From Candidatus Limnocylindrales bacterium (GTDB lineage: Bacteria > Chloroflexota > Limnocylindria > Limnocylindrales > CSP1-4), in NCBI GenBank assembly GCA_038214255.1, contig JBBQRZ010000008.1, positions 23,832 to 87,831 of the forward strand: a DNA stretch of 64,000 nt. Reading direction: 5' to 3'. How positions within the stretch are numbered: position 1 is the stretch's first letter; every line of letters starts with the position of its first letter. Below, piece after piece: positions 10,209 to 20,584 of this stretch. Below the pieces are notes generated by a model that had not been told where the DNA came from, did not search any database, and saw only the letters and a program-made list of their open reading frames with translations. A program made the position numbers and the translations under genes.

Positions 10209-12929
10209 ATGACCAAGCTGTCAAAGGCCTACACGCCACGCGAGGTCGAGGGCCCGATCTACGAGCGCTGGCTCGCGGCGGACGTCTTCGCGCCCGACGG
10301 CGCGGGCTCGACCGCCGATCCGGACCTGCCGCCGTTCACGATCATCCAGCCCCCGCCCAACGTCACGGGCTCGCTCCACCTCGGGCACGCGCAGCGGACG
10401 GCGGTCGAAGATCTCATGATCCGCCACGCCCGGATGCTCGGCCACCCGGCGTTGTTCCTGCCGGGTCTCGATCACGCGAGCATCGCCGCCCAGTTCGTCC
10501 TCGACGGCATCCTCGCCAAGGAAGGGGAGAGCCGCCAGACCCTCGGTCGCGAGCGGTACCTCGAGCGGATGCGGGCCTTCTCCGACTCGACGAAGCCAAT
10601 CATCCTCGCGCAGCAGCGGAGGGTCGGCGCGTCGGCCGACTGGAGTCGGCTCCGCTACACCATGGACGACGTGTCGGCGAGGGCGGTCCGGGCCGCCTTC
10701 GAGCGGCTGTATCGCGACGGCCTCGCGTATCGCACGGAGGCGCTGATCAACTGGTGTCCGGGCTGCCGGACCAGCGTCAGCGATCTGGAGGTGATCCCGA
10801 CGCCCGAGACCGGGACGCTGTGGTTCGTCCGCTACCACCTGATCGACGAGTCGAGGAGCGCGCCGGATCCGGACGCCACGATCACGGTGGCCACGACGCG
10901 TCCCGAGACCATCCTCGGCGATACCGCGGTGGCGGTCCATCCCGAGGACGAGCGCTACCGGGACCTCGTCGGGCGCCGAGTGCGCATCCCGTTCGTCGAT
11001 CGCGACGTTCCGATCATCGCGGACGAGGTAGTCGATCGCACCTTCGGCACCGGTGCGGTGAAGATCACGCCGGCGCACGACCCCGACGATTACGCGACCG
11101 GCAAGCGCCACGGCCTGCCCGCGCCGACCATCCTGGCCGACGACGCCACGATCGAGAACACGGGAACCGAGTTCGACGGCCTCGATCGGTACGAGGCCCG
11201 GCGCCAGATCGTGGCCGCCCTTACCGAGCGTGGCGATCTCGCCTCGGAGCGGGTACACGAGATGATCGTGGGCCGCTGCCAGCGCAGCAACGACGTCCTC
11301 GAGCCGCGACTCAAGACCCAGTGGTTCATCCGGACCGAGCCGCTCGCCGCCCAGGCCCTCGAGGCGACCCGCACGGGGCGCACGAGGATCCTGCCCGAGC
11401 GGTTCGAGAAGACCTGGGAGCACTGGCTCACGAACATCAGGGACTGGAACGTCAGCCGCCAGCTGTGGTGGGGCCATCGAATCCCGGCCTGGTACTGCCC
11501 CGATGGACACGTGACGGTGTCCGCCGACGCGACCGGCCCGACCGGCTGCGAGGTCTGCGGTCGTCCGGCATCGGAGCTCCAGCAGGACGCGGACATCTTC
11601 GACACCTGGTTCAGCTCGGGGCTGTGGCCGTTCTCGACCCTCGGCTGGCCGGATCCCACGCCCGACTACCAGCGCTACTACCCGACCTCGGTGATGGAGA
11701 CCGCCTACGACATCATCTTCTTCTGGGTCGCACGGATGATGATGCTGGGCATCCAGCTGACCGGAACCGAGCCCTTCCACACGGTCTACCTCTCCGGGCT
11801 GATCCGCGACCCGGAGGGCGCGAAGATGTCGAAGACGAAGGGCAACGTCATCGACCCGATCGGAGTCATCGACGAGACGGGCGCCGACGCCTTGCGCTTC
11901 GCGCTGATCCACGGCGCCGCGCCCGGACAGGACCAGCGATTCGGGACGTCAAAGCTCGAGAACGCCCGGAACTTCGCGAACAAGCTCTGGAACGCCACGC
12001 GGTTCGTCATCGGGGCACGGCCGGTCTCGATCCCGGACGGAGCGGAGCGACGCCTTCCCGACGCCCGCCACGTCGGTCCGCTCGAGCGATGGCTCGCATC
12101 GCGCGCGGCGGCCACCGTGGCGGCGGTCGACTCGGCCATGACCGATTTCGCGTTCGGCGAGGTGACCCGCCTCCTGTACGACGCGATCTGGAGCGAGTTC
12201 TGCGACTGGGGCGTCGAGTTCGCGAAGGTCCGCCTCGCGGAGGAGGCCGGCTCGATCGAGGCCCGCGAGGCGACCTGGTGGTCGCTCGTCGCCGCGCTCG
12301 ACACGTACCTGCGGCTGCTCCACCCGGTCATGCCGTTCGTGACCGAGGCGCTGTGGGAGGCACTGCCACATCGCGCGTCCGACCCCGACCTGTTGATCGT
12401 GGCGCGCTGGCCTGGGGCGGCCGAGCGCGAGCCCGCGATCGAGGCCGAGGTCTCGGCCGTCATCGCGCTCGTCACGGAGCTCCGGAACGCCCGCGCGTCG
12501 GCGAAGCTCGCCGCCGGCGATTGGCTCGAGACGCGCGTGTTCGTGCCGATCGAGCTGGGTCCGACCTTCGAGGCGCTGCGACCCGCCGTCGAGCGCCTGG
12601 CCCGCGCCCGGCCGCTTGAGCGCGAGCTGACGCCCGAGGCTCTCCACGCATCCGCCGGTCCGCGCGACCTTTCGGTCGTGGTGGGCGGGACGGACATCGA
12701 GGCTCGGGTCCGCCCTGCCGCGCCTGCGGCCGAGGCGGCGGATCTCGAACGGGCGCGCCTGGAGCGCGAGCTCGCCGAGGCCGAGGGTTGGCTGGCGGCC
12801 GCGCGCGATCGCCTCGCGAACGACGCGTTCATGAGCAAGGCGCCACCGGCGGTCGTCGAGGGCGCCCGAGGACGCGCGGCCGAGCTGGCCGATCAGGTGG
12901 CTCGACTCCGAGACCGGCTGGGTCGCTGA
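10209..12929 (+). CDS. valS: Valine--tRNA ligase
   Basis: Class I HIGH motif (SLHLGHAQ), KMSKT motif (KMSKTKGNV), and a coiled-coil C-terminus. Start at the internal ATG of ORF 10089..12929. Confidence 0.92.
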   Translation: MTKLSKAYTPREVEGPIYERWLAADVFAPDGAGSTADPDLPPFTIIQPPPNVTGSLHLGHAQRTAVEDLMIRHARMLGHPALFLPGLDHASIAAQFVLDGILAKEGESRQTLGRERYLERMRAFSDSTKPIILAQQRRVGASADWSRLRYTMDDVSARAVRAAFERLYRDGLAYRTEALINWCPGCRTSVSDLEVIPTPETGTLWFVRYHLIDESRSAPDPDATITVATTRPETILGDTAVAVHPEDERYRDLVGRRVRIPFVDRDVPIIADEVVDRTFGTGAVKITPAHDPDDYATGKRHGLPAPTILADDATIENTGTEFDGLDRYEARRQIVAALTERGDLASERVHEMIVGRCQRSNDVLEPRLKTQWFIRTEPLAAQALEATRTGRTRILPERFEKTWEHWLTNIRDWNVSRQLWWGHRIPAWYCPDGHVTVSADATGPTGCEVCGRPASELQQDADIFDTWFSSGLWPFSTLGWPDPTPDYQRYYPTSVMETAYDIIFFWVARMMMLGIQLTGTEPFHTVYLSGLIRDPEGAKMSKTKGNVIDPIGVIDETGADALRFALIHGAAPGQDQRFGTSKLENARNFANKLWNATRFVIGARPVSIPDGAERRLPDARHVGPLERWLASRAAATVAAVDSAMTDFAFGEVTRLLYDAIWSEFCDWGVEFAKVRLAEEAGSIEAREATWWSLVAALDTYLRLLHPVMPFVTEALWEALPHRASDPDLLIVARWPGAAEREPAIEAEVSAVIALVTELRNARASAKLAAGDWLETRVFVPIELGPTFEALRPAVERLARARPLERELTPEALHASAGPRDLSVVVGGTDIEARVRPAAPAAEAADLERARLERELAEAEGWLAAARDRLANDAFMSKAPPAVVEGARGRAAELADQVARLRDRLGR

Positions 12930-12942
12930 CGCTGGGCCCGGT

Positions 12943-12989
12943 GGCCCGGATCAGCGAGCGGAGGAGGAGACCCCTCGCGGATCCGGGCC
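12943..12989. terminator. GC-rich hairpin between convergent valS and ABC permease genes (candidate bidirectional terminator)
   Basis: GGCCCGGATCAGCGAG ... CTCGCGGATCCGGGCC forms a roughly 16-bp stem with one mismatch and a 15-nt loop. Confidence 0.4.
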
Positions 12990-13000
12990 CGGGTCTGCGT

Positions 13001-13915
13001 TCAGCCCTTCACGGCACCGCCCGTGATCCCGCGGACGAAGTACCGCTGCAGGGCGAAGAACACGATGAGCGGGAGGGCCATCGAGATGAAGGCCGCCGCC
13101 ATCAGCAGCTGCCAATCGCCGCCGAGTGACGTGGCTAGGCTGGCCACCGCCATCGTTAGGGGCAGGTTGGGAGCATTGGCCGCCCCGATGAACATCAGGG
13201 CGACGAGGAGGTCGTTCCAGACGAACAGGAACTGGAAGATCACGAGCGCGGCGATCGCCGGCACGCTCATCGGGAGCGCGAGTCGGAAGAAGGCCGTGGC
13301 GTGACCAGCTCCGTCGATGGAGGCGGACTCGAAGACTTCCCTCGGCAGTCCGCCCATGTAGTTGCGCAGGAGGTAGATGGCGAACGGCAGGCCGTACCCC
13401 GTGTGCGCCAGCCAGACGGCGACGAACGCCCCGGGACCGGCGCCGAGGAGATGGATGCCCTTTGGGCCAAGGAGGTTCAACAGCGGCACGAACGTCGTCT
13501 GCAGCGGGATGACCAGCAGGCCGACGATCACGACGAACAGGACGTCGCGGCCGCGGAACTTCATCCATGAGAATGCGTAGGCCGCGAACGCGGCGACCGC
13601 GATCGGGATGATCGTCGATGGGATGGTGATCAGGAGGCTGTTGACGAAGGCCTGGCTGATGCCGCCACGGCTCAGCACCTGCTGGTAATTCTCGATGGTG
13701 AACGAGTAGGGCGGCAACAGCGCGTTCCACCAGCCCGATGACGCGACCGCCTGTGCCGGTCGCACCGAGTTGACGAGGAGCCCGAAGGTCGGCAGCAGCC
13801 ACACGACCATGATCGCGATGACCGCGACGTTGAGCATGACCCGGCCGCTCGGTCGTCGGCGGCGGCGGGCAGAGCCCGTGGCCGCGACCGCGCGGGGAAC
13901 GGTGACTGCCGTCAT
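13001..13915 (-). CDS. Carbohydrate ABC transporter permease (MalG-like)
   Basis: Six-TM permease with an EAA-like loop (ESASIDGAGHATAFFRLALP). Confidence 0.85.
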   Translation of the reverse strand: MTAVTVPRAVAATGSARRRRRPSGRVMLNVAVIAIMVVWLLPTFGLLVNSVRPAQAVASSGWWNALLPPYSFTIENYQQVLSRGGISQAFVNSLLITIPSTIIPIAVAAFAAYAFSWMKFRGRDVLFVVIVGLLVIPLQTTFVPLLNLLGPKGIHLLGAGPGAFVAVWLAHTGYGLPFAIYLLRNYMGGLPREVFESASIDGAGHATAFFRLALPMSVPAIAALVIFQFLFVWNDLLVALMFIGAANAPNLPLTMAVASLATSLGGDWQLLMAAAFISMALPLIVFFALQRYFVRGITGGAVKG

Positions 13916-14883
13916 CGGATGGCCTCCTGCTCTCGGAACCGGCGGATGTTGATGACCATGACCGGGATGATCAGGAGCAGCAGGATCACCGCGATGGCGC
14001 TGGCCCGGCCAGGCTGGGAGTTGGTGAACAGCTCCTTGTACATCTGGTTGGCGATGACGTTCGTGTCGTAGTTCCCGCTCGTCATGACGTACACGATGTC
14101 GAACGCCTTGAGCGCGGTGATGATCATCGTCGTCGCGACGACGGCGACCGTCGGCAGCAGCAGCGGGAAGGTGATCTTGCGGAAGACCTGGACCTCATTG
14201 GCGCCGTCCACGCGGGCGGCTTCCAGGAGCTCCGCGCTGATGCCCTTCAATGCCGCGGACAGGATGACCATGCAGAAGCCTGTCCACGTCCAGACCGCCA
14301 CGACGATCAGGGCGATCGTATTGAGCGGTGCGTCCTGGATCCAGGTGATGGGCTGGAAGCCGAGGGCGGTTATGCCGGCATTGAGCAGCCCCGTCTGGGC
14401 ATGCCCGGGCGGCTGATAGTCGTAGACGAATCGCCAGATGATGCTTGCGCCGACGAAGCTGATCGCCAGGGGCACGAAGACGACCGATTTCGCGACCGAT
14501 TCATACCGAACGCGATCCACGAGGATGGCGATGATCAACCCGCCGCCGACGGCCAGGAAGGTCAGCACGACGAGCCAGATGATGTTGTTTCGGAGCGACA
14601 CAAGGGTGTCGGGGCTCGTAAAGAAGTAGTTGTAATTGTTCAGGCCGACGAACGCCTTGGAGAACTTGTCCTCGAAGCTCAGGATGACGGTATTGAGGGT
14701 GGGGTAGACGAGGAAGACGAACAGGAACAGAAGAGCCGGCAGTAGCCAGAGCCAAGGCCTGACCGAGGCCTGCAGGCGACTCGGAACCAGGCGCAGGATC
14801 TGCTCGACGACGAAGACGTAGCCGATCACCGTGGCCGGAACTCCCACGACGACGATGAGCGCGGTGACGAGCCGTGGATCCAT
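13912..14883 (-). CDS. Carbohydrate ABC transporter permease (MalF-like)
   Basis: Multi-TM permease; 4-bp overlap with the downstream permease gene. Confidence 0.85.
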   Translation of the reverse strand: MDPRLVTALIVVVGVPATVIGYVFVVEQILRLVPSRLQASVRPWLWLLPALLFLFVFLVYPTLNTVILSFEDKFSKAFVGLNNYNYFFTSPDTLVSLRNNIIWLVVLTFLAVGGGLIIAILVDRVRYESVAKSVVFVPLAISFVGASIIWRFVYDYQPPGHAQTGLLNAGITALGFQPITWIQDAPLNTIALIVVAVWTWTGFCMVILSAALKGISAELLEAARVDGANEVQVFRKITFPLLLPTVAVVATTMIITALKAFDIVYVMTSGNYDTNVIANQMYKELFTNSQPGRASAIAVILLLLIIPVMVINIRRFREQEAIR

Positions 14884-14951
14884 GGGGTCTCCCGGGCTGC
14901 GCGCCGACCGGAGCGGGCGGCCCGCTCCGGTCGGCTTCTAGGGGTGCCGAA

Positions 14952-16307
14952 TCAGCCGCCGTAGGCGGCGGTCTGGGCGGCGTCGAGGTTGGTGAGGACC
15001 GTATCGAGCGTTGATGGGTCCTTCGTGTAGGTGACGATGCCCTTGAAGAACGCGTCGTTCATCGCCTGGGGCATGTTGTCCGACGCGTCGAACCGGAAGA
15101 TCTTTGCGGCGGCGAGGTCGCCGGCCGCCTTCTTGAGGATCTCACTGGGATAGTTCGTGACGCTCTTGTTCGCCGACAGCGCCCCGCCCCGGCCGACCCA
15201 GATGGACTGGGCCTGCGCGGTCGAGAGGTACGCGATCAGCGACTTGGCCTGCGGAGTGTCGTTGAACATCCCGAACAAGTCGCCAGAGCCCTCGACGGCG
15301 CCGGCGAACGAGGTGTTGATGTCAGGGAACGGGAAGAAGTCGAACTGGCCGTCCTTGGCTCCGCCCGTCTTCTTGAACGCGTCCGTGATGAACGTCGCGT
15401 GGTTGACGAACACACAACCGGGCGGGCTCGAGAACAGGTGGTCGCCGGAGGCGACGAAGTTCGTCGCGAGGACGTTCTTCGAGCCGCCGAACGAGTTCGC
15501 GATGACGTTGCCGAAGGCCTCGAAGGCCTGCTTGATCTCGGGCGTGGACCACTTCTGCTGCCCGGCTGTCCACTTGTCGTAGACATCCGGTCCGCTCTGA
15601 TGGAGGACGAAGCCCTCGATCCAGTCCGTGGCCGGCCAGCCCGTGGCCGCGCCCGACTCGAGGCCGACGCAGAAGGTCTTGGCATCTCCACCGATCGTCC
15701 CGGCGGTCTCCTTGCCCTTGGCAAGCAGGTCGTCGTACGTTGTTGGGTCGCCGCCCTTGTAGACGTCCTTGTTGAACCAGAACAGGCCCTTGATGTCGGC
15801 CTTGATGAAGATGCCCGTGATCTTGCTGTCGAGCGTTCCGAGCGCGACAAGACCGGGCGACGTCTCCGACTTGTAGGTCGTGACATCCAGCACGTCATCG
15901 AGGGCCTTCAGTGCGCCGCCCTTGTAGTACTCGGCCATCTGGCCCGGGCCCGGCAGGCCGGCCAGATCCGGCAGCAGCCCCGACTGGACGCCGGTCGAGA
16001 GGACCGCGTTGATGTCGCGCGTCCCGGTGTACTGGACCTTGGCTCCGGTTTGCGCCTCCCATGGGGCGACCATCGCCAGGAACGAGTCCTGCTCGGCGCC
16101 TGTCCACGTACCGATGACGCTGACCGTGCCGCCGAGCGAGCCGCTCCCCGCTGCGCCGCCACTGGCGGCCGGGGCGCTGGCACCCCCGCCGCCGGTCGAG
16201 GCCGCCGGAGCGGTACTCCCGCCCGGTGACGAGCAGGCTGCCGTCGCCAACGCGATCGCAGCCAGGAATCCGGCGGTCCGACGCCACCGGAATGTTCTCT
16301 CCTCCAT
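14952..16307 (-). CDS. Extracellular solute-binding protein (sugar ABC transporter, CUT1 family), lipoprotein
   Basis: Signal peptide with lipobox LATAAC, a Gly/Ser-rich linker, then solute-binding-protein-like sequence. Confidence 0.85.
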   Translation of the reverse strand: MEERTFRWRRTAGFLAAIALATAACSSPGGSTAPAASTGGGGASAPAASGGAAGSGSLGGTVSVIGTWTGAEQDSFLAMVAPWEAQTGAKVQYTGTRDINAVLSTGVQSGLLPDLAGLPGPGQMAEYYKGGALKALDDVLDVTTYKSETSPGLVALGTLDSKITGIFIKADIKGLFWFNKDVYKGGDPTTYDDLLAKGKETAGTIGGDAKTFCVGLESGAATGWPATDWIEGFVLHQSGPDVYDKWTAGQQKWSTPEIKQAFEAFGNVIANSFGGSKNVLATNFVASGDHLFSSPPGCVFVNHATFITDAFKKTGGAKDGQFDFFPFPDINTSFAGAVEGSGDLFGMFNDTPQAKSLIAYLSTAQAQSIWVGRGGALSANKSVTNYPSEILKKAAGDLAAAKIFRFDASDNMPQAMNDAFFKGIVTYTKDPSTLDTVLTNLDAAQTAAYGG

Positions 16308-16397
16308 ATCCGTCTCTCCTTTCCCGGATGATCGACCCGGTCGTCCGGGTCGATGCCTGGGCTGTGGGATGGCGCGACCGCGTCTGCGGCCGCTCCG

Positions 16398-17426
16398 TTA
16401 CGCCGCGGCCGGTGGGGCCGTCGACGCGCGCACGATGAGCTCGGTCGGGAGCAACGTCCGTTCCGGCACCACCCGGTCGGCGATGCGGTCCAGGAGCGTT
16501 CGTCCAGCGGCCTGCCCGAGCTCGAAGGCCGGCAACCGGACGGTGGTGAGGGGAGGGTCGAAATAGGCGGCGAGCGGGATGTCATCGAATCCGACGACCG
16601 AAACGTCGTCGGGCACGCGGCGGCCCGCCTCGCGCAGGGCGCCGATCGCGCCCAGGGCAACCACGTCGCTCCCGACGAACACGGCGCCGAAGGAGGTTCG
16701 CGCCAGCAGCCCGACCATGGCCGCGCGACCACTCGGGGCGTCGAAGAGGCCCTCTGCGACCAAGTCGGGATCCTGGGCGATCCCGGCCGCCTGGAGGGCC
16801 AGTCGGTACCCCTCCAGCCGCTCCTGGGCAGCGGTGTACATGACCGGGGCGTTGGTGATGCAGGCGATCCGCCGATGCCCGAGGGAGATGAGGTGGTCCA
16901 CCGCGCCGCGTGCCCCGGCGACGTTGTCGACGTCGACGCTCGTGATGGCCACACCCGGCAGGCGACCCTGGAGCACGATCGGGAACTCGTCCCGCATGAG
17001 GTCGACGAGCGAGGGGTCGTCCACCCGCGGCCCGGAGATCACGAGGCCGTCGGCATGCTGGGCCCGGAGCAGGGCGGTGTACGTCTGCTCCAGCCCGTCG
17101 GGGGCGAGCGGCTCGACCAACACCCGAAAGCCACCGGCCCGCGCGGCCGAGGCGAGGCCGCGCAGGGTCTCGGCGAGGACCGCGTCACCAGCGATCTGCT
17201 CGGGAGACTGGCGCATGACGAGCGCGATGATGTGGGTCCGGCCGCCGGCCAACTGGCGCGCGGGCCCGTGCGGGTGGTAGCCGAGACGCGCCGCGGCCTG
17301 CTGCACTCGGCGACGGGTCTTCTCGGGGATCTTGACGTCCGTGCGCTCGTTCATGACGAAGGACACGGTCGTTCGCGAGACCCCCGCCTCGACCGCGACG
17401 TCCGCGCTGGTGGGTCGCTTCGGCAT
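16398..17426 (-). CDS. LacI family transcriptional regulator
   Basis: N-terminal HTH (PTSADVAVEAGVSRTTVSFVMN) and a periplasmic-binding-protein-like effector domain. Confidence 0.85.
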   Translation of the reverse strand: MPKRPTSADVAVEAGVSRTTVSFVMNERTDVKIPEKTRRRVQQAAARLGYHPHGPARQLAGGRTHIIALVMRQSPEQIAGDAVLAETLRGLASAARAGGFRVLVEPLAPDGLEQTYTALLRAQHADGLVISGPRVDDPSLVDLMRDEFPIVLQGRLPGVAITSVDVDNVAGARGAVDHLISLGHRRIACITNAPVMYTAAQERLEGYRLALQAAGIAQDPDLVAEGLFDAPSGRAAMVGLLARTSFGAVFVGSDVVALGAIGALREAGRRVPDDVSVVGFDDIPLAAYFDPPLTTVRLPAFELGQAAGRTLLDRIADRVVPERTLLPTELIVRASTAPPAAA

Positions 17427-17474
17427 CGTTCGACTGCCGCTCCTCCTCCTTGACGGCGCGTCCGCGACGTGGTC

Positions 17475-17526
17475 GACTAACGCGCGTCAGTAACGCGTAT
17501 CAATGACGCGTTGGCGACGTATTGTC
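17475..17526. promoter_or_regulatory. Divergent control region with three copies of an ACGCG(T) palindromic half-site motif (candidate LacI-family operator)
   Basis: ctaACGCGCGTcagtAACGCGTatcaatgACGCGTtgg lies between the divergent lacI-like and alpha-glucosidase genes. Confidence 0.3.
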
Positions 17527-17597
17527 AAGACCGTAGCGCGACGGTGCCGCACCATCGCCGCAACCTCGCCGCGCGGTCCGCTCTGGGTGGAGGAGCA

Positions 17598-19292
17598 ATG
17601 ATGGCCGTCGAGGCGCAGGTCGCACCCCGATCGCAACACCCCATGGCGCTCGGCGACGACTGGTGGCGCCGCGGCGTCGTGTATCAAGTCTACCCACGAA
17701 GCTTCGCCGACCGGAACGGCGACGGTACGGGCGACCTGCCCGGCATCATCGACCACCTCGATTACCTCGGGCCCGCGGGCCTGGGGATCGACGCGATCTG
17801 GCTATCGCCGATCTATCCCTCGCCCGGGCTCGATGTCGGCTATGACGTCACCGACCACGGTGCGATCGATCCGTTGCTCGGGACCGACGACGACTTCGAC
17901 CGGCTCATCGAGGGCTGCCATCGGCGCGGGATCCGGGTGATCCTCGATCTCGTGATGAACCACACGAGTGACCAGCATCCCTGGTTCACGGCCTCGCGCT
18001 CGGCACGCGATGGGCCCTATGCCGACTGGTACATCTGGCGCGACCCGTCGGGCTTCGACGCCCGTGGGCGCCCGCTCGCGCCGAACGACTGGGTCTCCTG
18101 GTTCGGTGGGCCGGCCTGGACCTATGACCCGGAACGGGGCCAGTTCTACCACCACACGTTCCTCGTCGAACAGCCCGAGCTCGATTGGCGCAACCCGGCG
18201 GTGGAGGCCGCCCAGTTCGCGATGGTCAAGCGCTGGCTCGATCGAGGCGTGGACGGCTTCCGTCTGGACACCTTCAACGTTTTCCTCAAGCACCCGGACA
18301 TGCCCTCGAACCCACGGCGACGTGGCCGGACGGCCTGGACGCGCCAGGAACACCGATTCGACTTCGACCAACCTGATCTGCCGGCGCTCATCGCCCGCTT
18401 TCGCAAGCTTCTTGACGCGAATCCCGGCCACATGAGCGTGGGCGAGCTGTTCGTCGGCACGACCGAGGGGGCGGCCGCGCTCACGGTCGAGGGGCATCTC
18501 GTCTTCGACTGGGAGCTCTTGACGCGACCGTGGTCGGCGGCCGCGTTCCGGGCGGCGATCGTCCGGCGCGAGCGCGCCTTCCGCGGCGACAAGTGGCCGA
18601 CCGTCGTGCTCTCCAACCACGACCAGCCCCGGCACGCCTCGCGGCTGGCGGCCACGGTCGGCGGCGGTCCCGAGGTCCAGGACGCGGTCGCCAAGGCCGC
18701 CGCGATCCTCGAGCTGACGATCCGCGGGGCGCCGTTCCTGTACTACGGGGAGGAGCTGGGCAGCGGCGACGTCACCATCCCGCCCGACGAGAGCATCGAC
18801 GAGGCGGCCAAGCATGTGAGCCCCGACTTTCCCTGGTGGGACCGTTCGCAATCGCGCGCACCGATGCCCTGGACGAATGGGCCAGGAGCCGGATTCACGA
18901 CCGCTCGGCCGTGGCTGCGCTTCGCTTCCGATGTGGCGACCCGCAACGTCGCGGTTGAGACGGCCGATCCCGAGTCGGTCCTGGCGTGCTATACGCGTTT
19001 GCTTGCGGCGCGACGAAGCACGCGCGTGCTCCAGGACGGCGAGCTGGCACTCGTCCGAACGACCGATCCGACCGTCCTCGGCTACCGTCGATTCGGCACT
19101 GGTCCGGAGGCCCTGGTGCTCGTGGCATTCGGGCCCGAGCCCGGGACGACGACGGTGCCGCAGCCAGGCCGGGGCCGGGTCTGGCGGCCGCTCGTCGGGA
19201 CGCATCTCGACCTGTCCGAACGCCTCGAGCCTGGATCGTCGGTCACGCTCCGGCCCTACGAGGGCGTGATCGCGCTCGCCGCGAAGGATTGA
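17598..19292 (+). CDS. GH13 alpha-glucosidase or oligo-1,6-glucosidase / trehalose-6-phosphate hydrolase-like
   Basis: WWRRGVVYQVYPRSFADRNGDGTGDLPGI, DAIWLSPIY and GFRLDTFNV motifs. Start at ATG with GGAGGAG ribosome-binding site. Confidence 0.85.
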   Translation: MMAVEAQVAPRSQHPMALGDDWWRRGVVYQVYPRSFADRNGDGTGDLPGIIDHLDYLGPAGLGIDAIWLSPIYPSPGLDVGYDVTDHGAIDPLLGTDDDFDRLIEGCHRRGIRVILDLVMNHTSDQHPWFTASRSARDGPYADWYIWRDPSGFDARGRPLAPNDWVSWFGGPAWTYDPERGQFYHHTFLVEQPELDWRNPAVEAAQFAMVKRWLDRGVDGFRLDTFNVFLKHPDMPSNPRRRGRTAWTRQEHRFDFDQPDLPALIARFRKLLDANPGHMSVGELFVGTTEGAAALTVEGHLVFDWELLTRPWSAAAFRAAIVRRERAFRGDKWPTVVLSNHDQPRHASRLAATVGGGPEVQDAVAKAAAILELTIRGAPFLYYGEELGSGDVTIPPDESIDEAAKHVSPDFPWWDRSQSRAPMPWTNGPGAGFTTARPWLRFASDVATRNVAVETADPESVLACYTRLLAARRSTRVLQDGELALVRTTDPTVLGYRRFGTGPEALVLVAFGPEPGTTTVPQPGRGRVWRPLVGTHLDLSERLEPGSSVTLRPYEGVIALAAKD

Positions 19293-19364
19293 CCTCCGGC
19301 GCCCCCGCATGGCCCCCGGTAACCGGGCGAACGGGTCGCCCTGCTACCATGACTCCCGATCCAG

Positions 19365-20141
19365 ATGCCCCCGGGGAGGCCCCTCGTGCCGCTCGACTTC
19401 CTCAAGCGCAAGAACACTGCCGACGTGCCGACCCCGACCGTCGGGCCGCCTCCGACCGGCTCGGTCACGTTGCCGGAAGAAGTCGTCGCGCAGGACTACC
19501 AGCTCAAGCTGTACTACGCGGGCAAGACGAGTGAGGGCGTCCGGATGAAGGCTGGCCCCGAGGCGATGGCCGAGTTGCCATCGATGCTCGTTGGCCTGGC
19601 CAAGGCCGAGATCGAGGTCGTGGAGCCCCTCCCCATCGAGTTCAGCCAGGCGACGCCGACGATCGCGCATCCGTCCGAGGCGATGCAGTGGCTCAATGCC
19701 CATCACGTCCACTCGCCGATCACCCGCCACGCGCTCGTCGTCCTCGAGTCCATCGACGCGATCGATCTGGCCTTCGATACCTTCGTCTGCTCGTTGCTCG
19801 ACGGAGAGATCGACACGAGCGGCTATCCCGAGTACAACGCCGTGGTCGGCGGCGTGGCCGCGCACTGGGACGAGGCGACGGGTGACATGATCTGCCGGGC
19901 CGTCGTCGGATGGGGCGGGCGGGGAGTTCGCGGCGATACGGACCGCATCGGTGCCAAACTCCTCGCTGGCCTGCTGACGAACGTCCTCACCAACCAGCAT
20001 GCGATGGGCCTGACGGCGATCGATCGCCCGGTCCCGGCGGCCGGCCGGGGCGGCTTGGTGTGCGCCCATTGCGGGTTCGCGTCGGCCCACGAGCGGGCCT
20101 TCTACTGCCCGAAGTGCGGCATGCGTCTCCTTCGCGGCTGA
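19365..20141 (+). CDS. Hypothetical protein with C-terminal zinc ribbon (CAHCG...CPKCG)
   Basis: Coding-like composition; four Cys at the C-terminus; no recognisable catalytic domain. Confidence 0.5.
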   Translation: MPPGRPLVPLDFLKRKNTADVPTPTVGPPPTGSVTLPEEVVAQDYQLKLYYAGKTSEGVRMKAGPEAMAELPSMLVGLAKAEIEVVEPLPIEFSQATPTIAHPSEAMQWLNAHHVHSPITRHALVVLESIDAIDLAFDTFVCSLLDGEIDTSGYPEYNAVVGGVAAHWDEATGDMICRAVVGWGGRGVRGDTDRIGAKLLAGLLTNVLTNQHAMGLTAIDRPVPAAGRGGLVCAHCGFASAHERAFYCPKCGMRLLRG

Positions 20142-20160
20142 CGACAGGGGATCCGCGCCC

Positions 20161-20580
20161 GTGCCGCTCTACGACTACGTCTGCGAGGCCTGCAGACACC
20201 GGTTCGAGGTGATCCACGGCGTCCACGGCGAGGGCCCGGCGACGTGCCCGAGCTGCGGCAAGGGTCCGATCAGGAAGGGGATCACCACGGCGGCGATCCA
20301 CTACAAGGGTTCTGGCTGGGCCAAGAAGGAACGCCACGCGGCAGTCAAGTCGGGCGTCAAGGCCGACAGCGATGGCTCGGGCGGGGAGACGGGTGCGGGC
20401 GGCAAGGATGGCGACAAGGCCACCAACGACGCGGACAAGGGCGGGGACAAGGCCGTAAAGCCGTCCAGCGGCACGGAGAAGGGCGCGCCGAGCAGGTCCG
20501 AGAAGGCCGGCAGGGACCGTACCGAGAAAGCCGGCGAGGACCGGTCCGCCAAGCCATCCGCGGCCTCGACCGGCGACTGA
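20161..20580 (+). CDS. FmdB-family putative regulatory zinc-ribbon protein with Lys/Asp/Gly-rich disordered tail
   Basis: MPLYDYVCEACRHRFEV...CPSCG (CxxC...CxxC); GTG start. Confidence 0.7.
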   Translation: MPLYDYVCEACRHRFEVIHGVHGEGPATCPSCGKGPIRKGITTAAIHYKGSGWAKKERHAAVKSGVKADSDGSGGETGAGGKDGDKATNDADKGGDKAVKPSSGTEKGAPSRSEKAGRDRTEKAGEDRSAKPSAASTGD

Positions 20581-20584
20581 CCAG

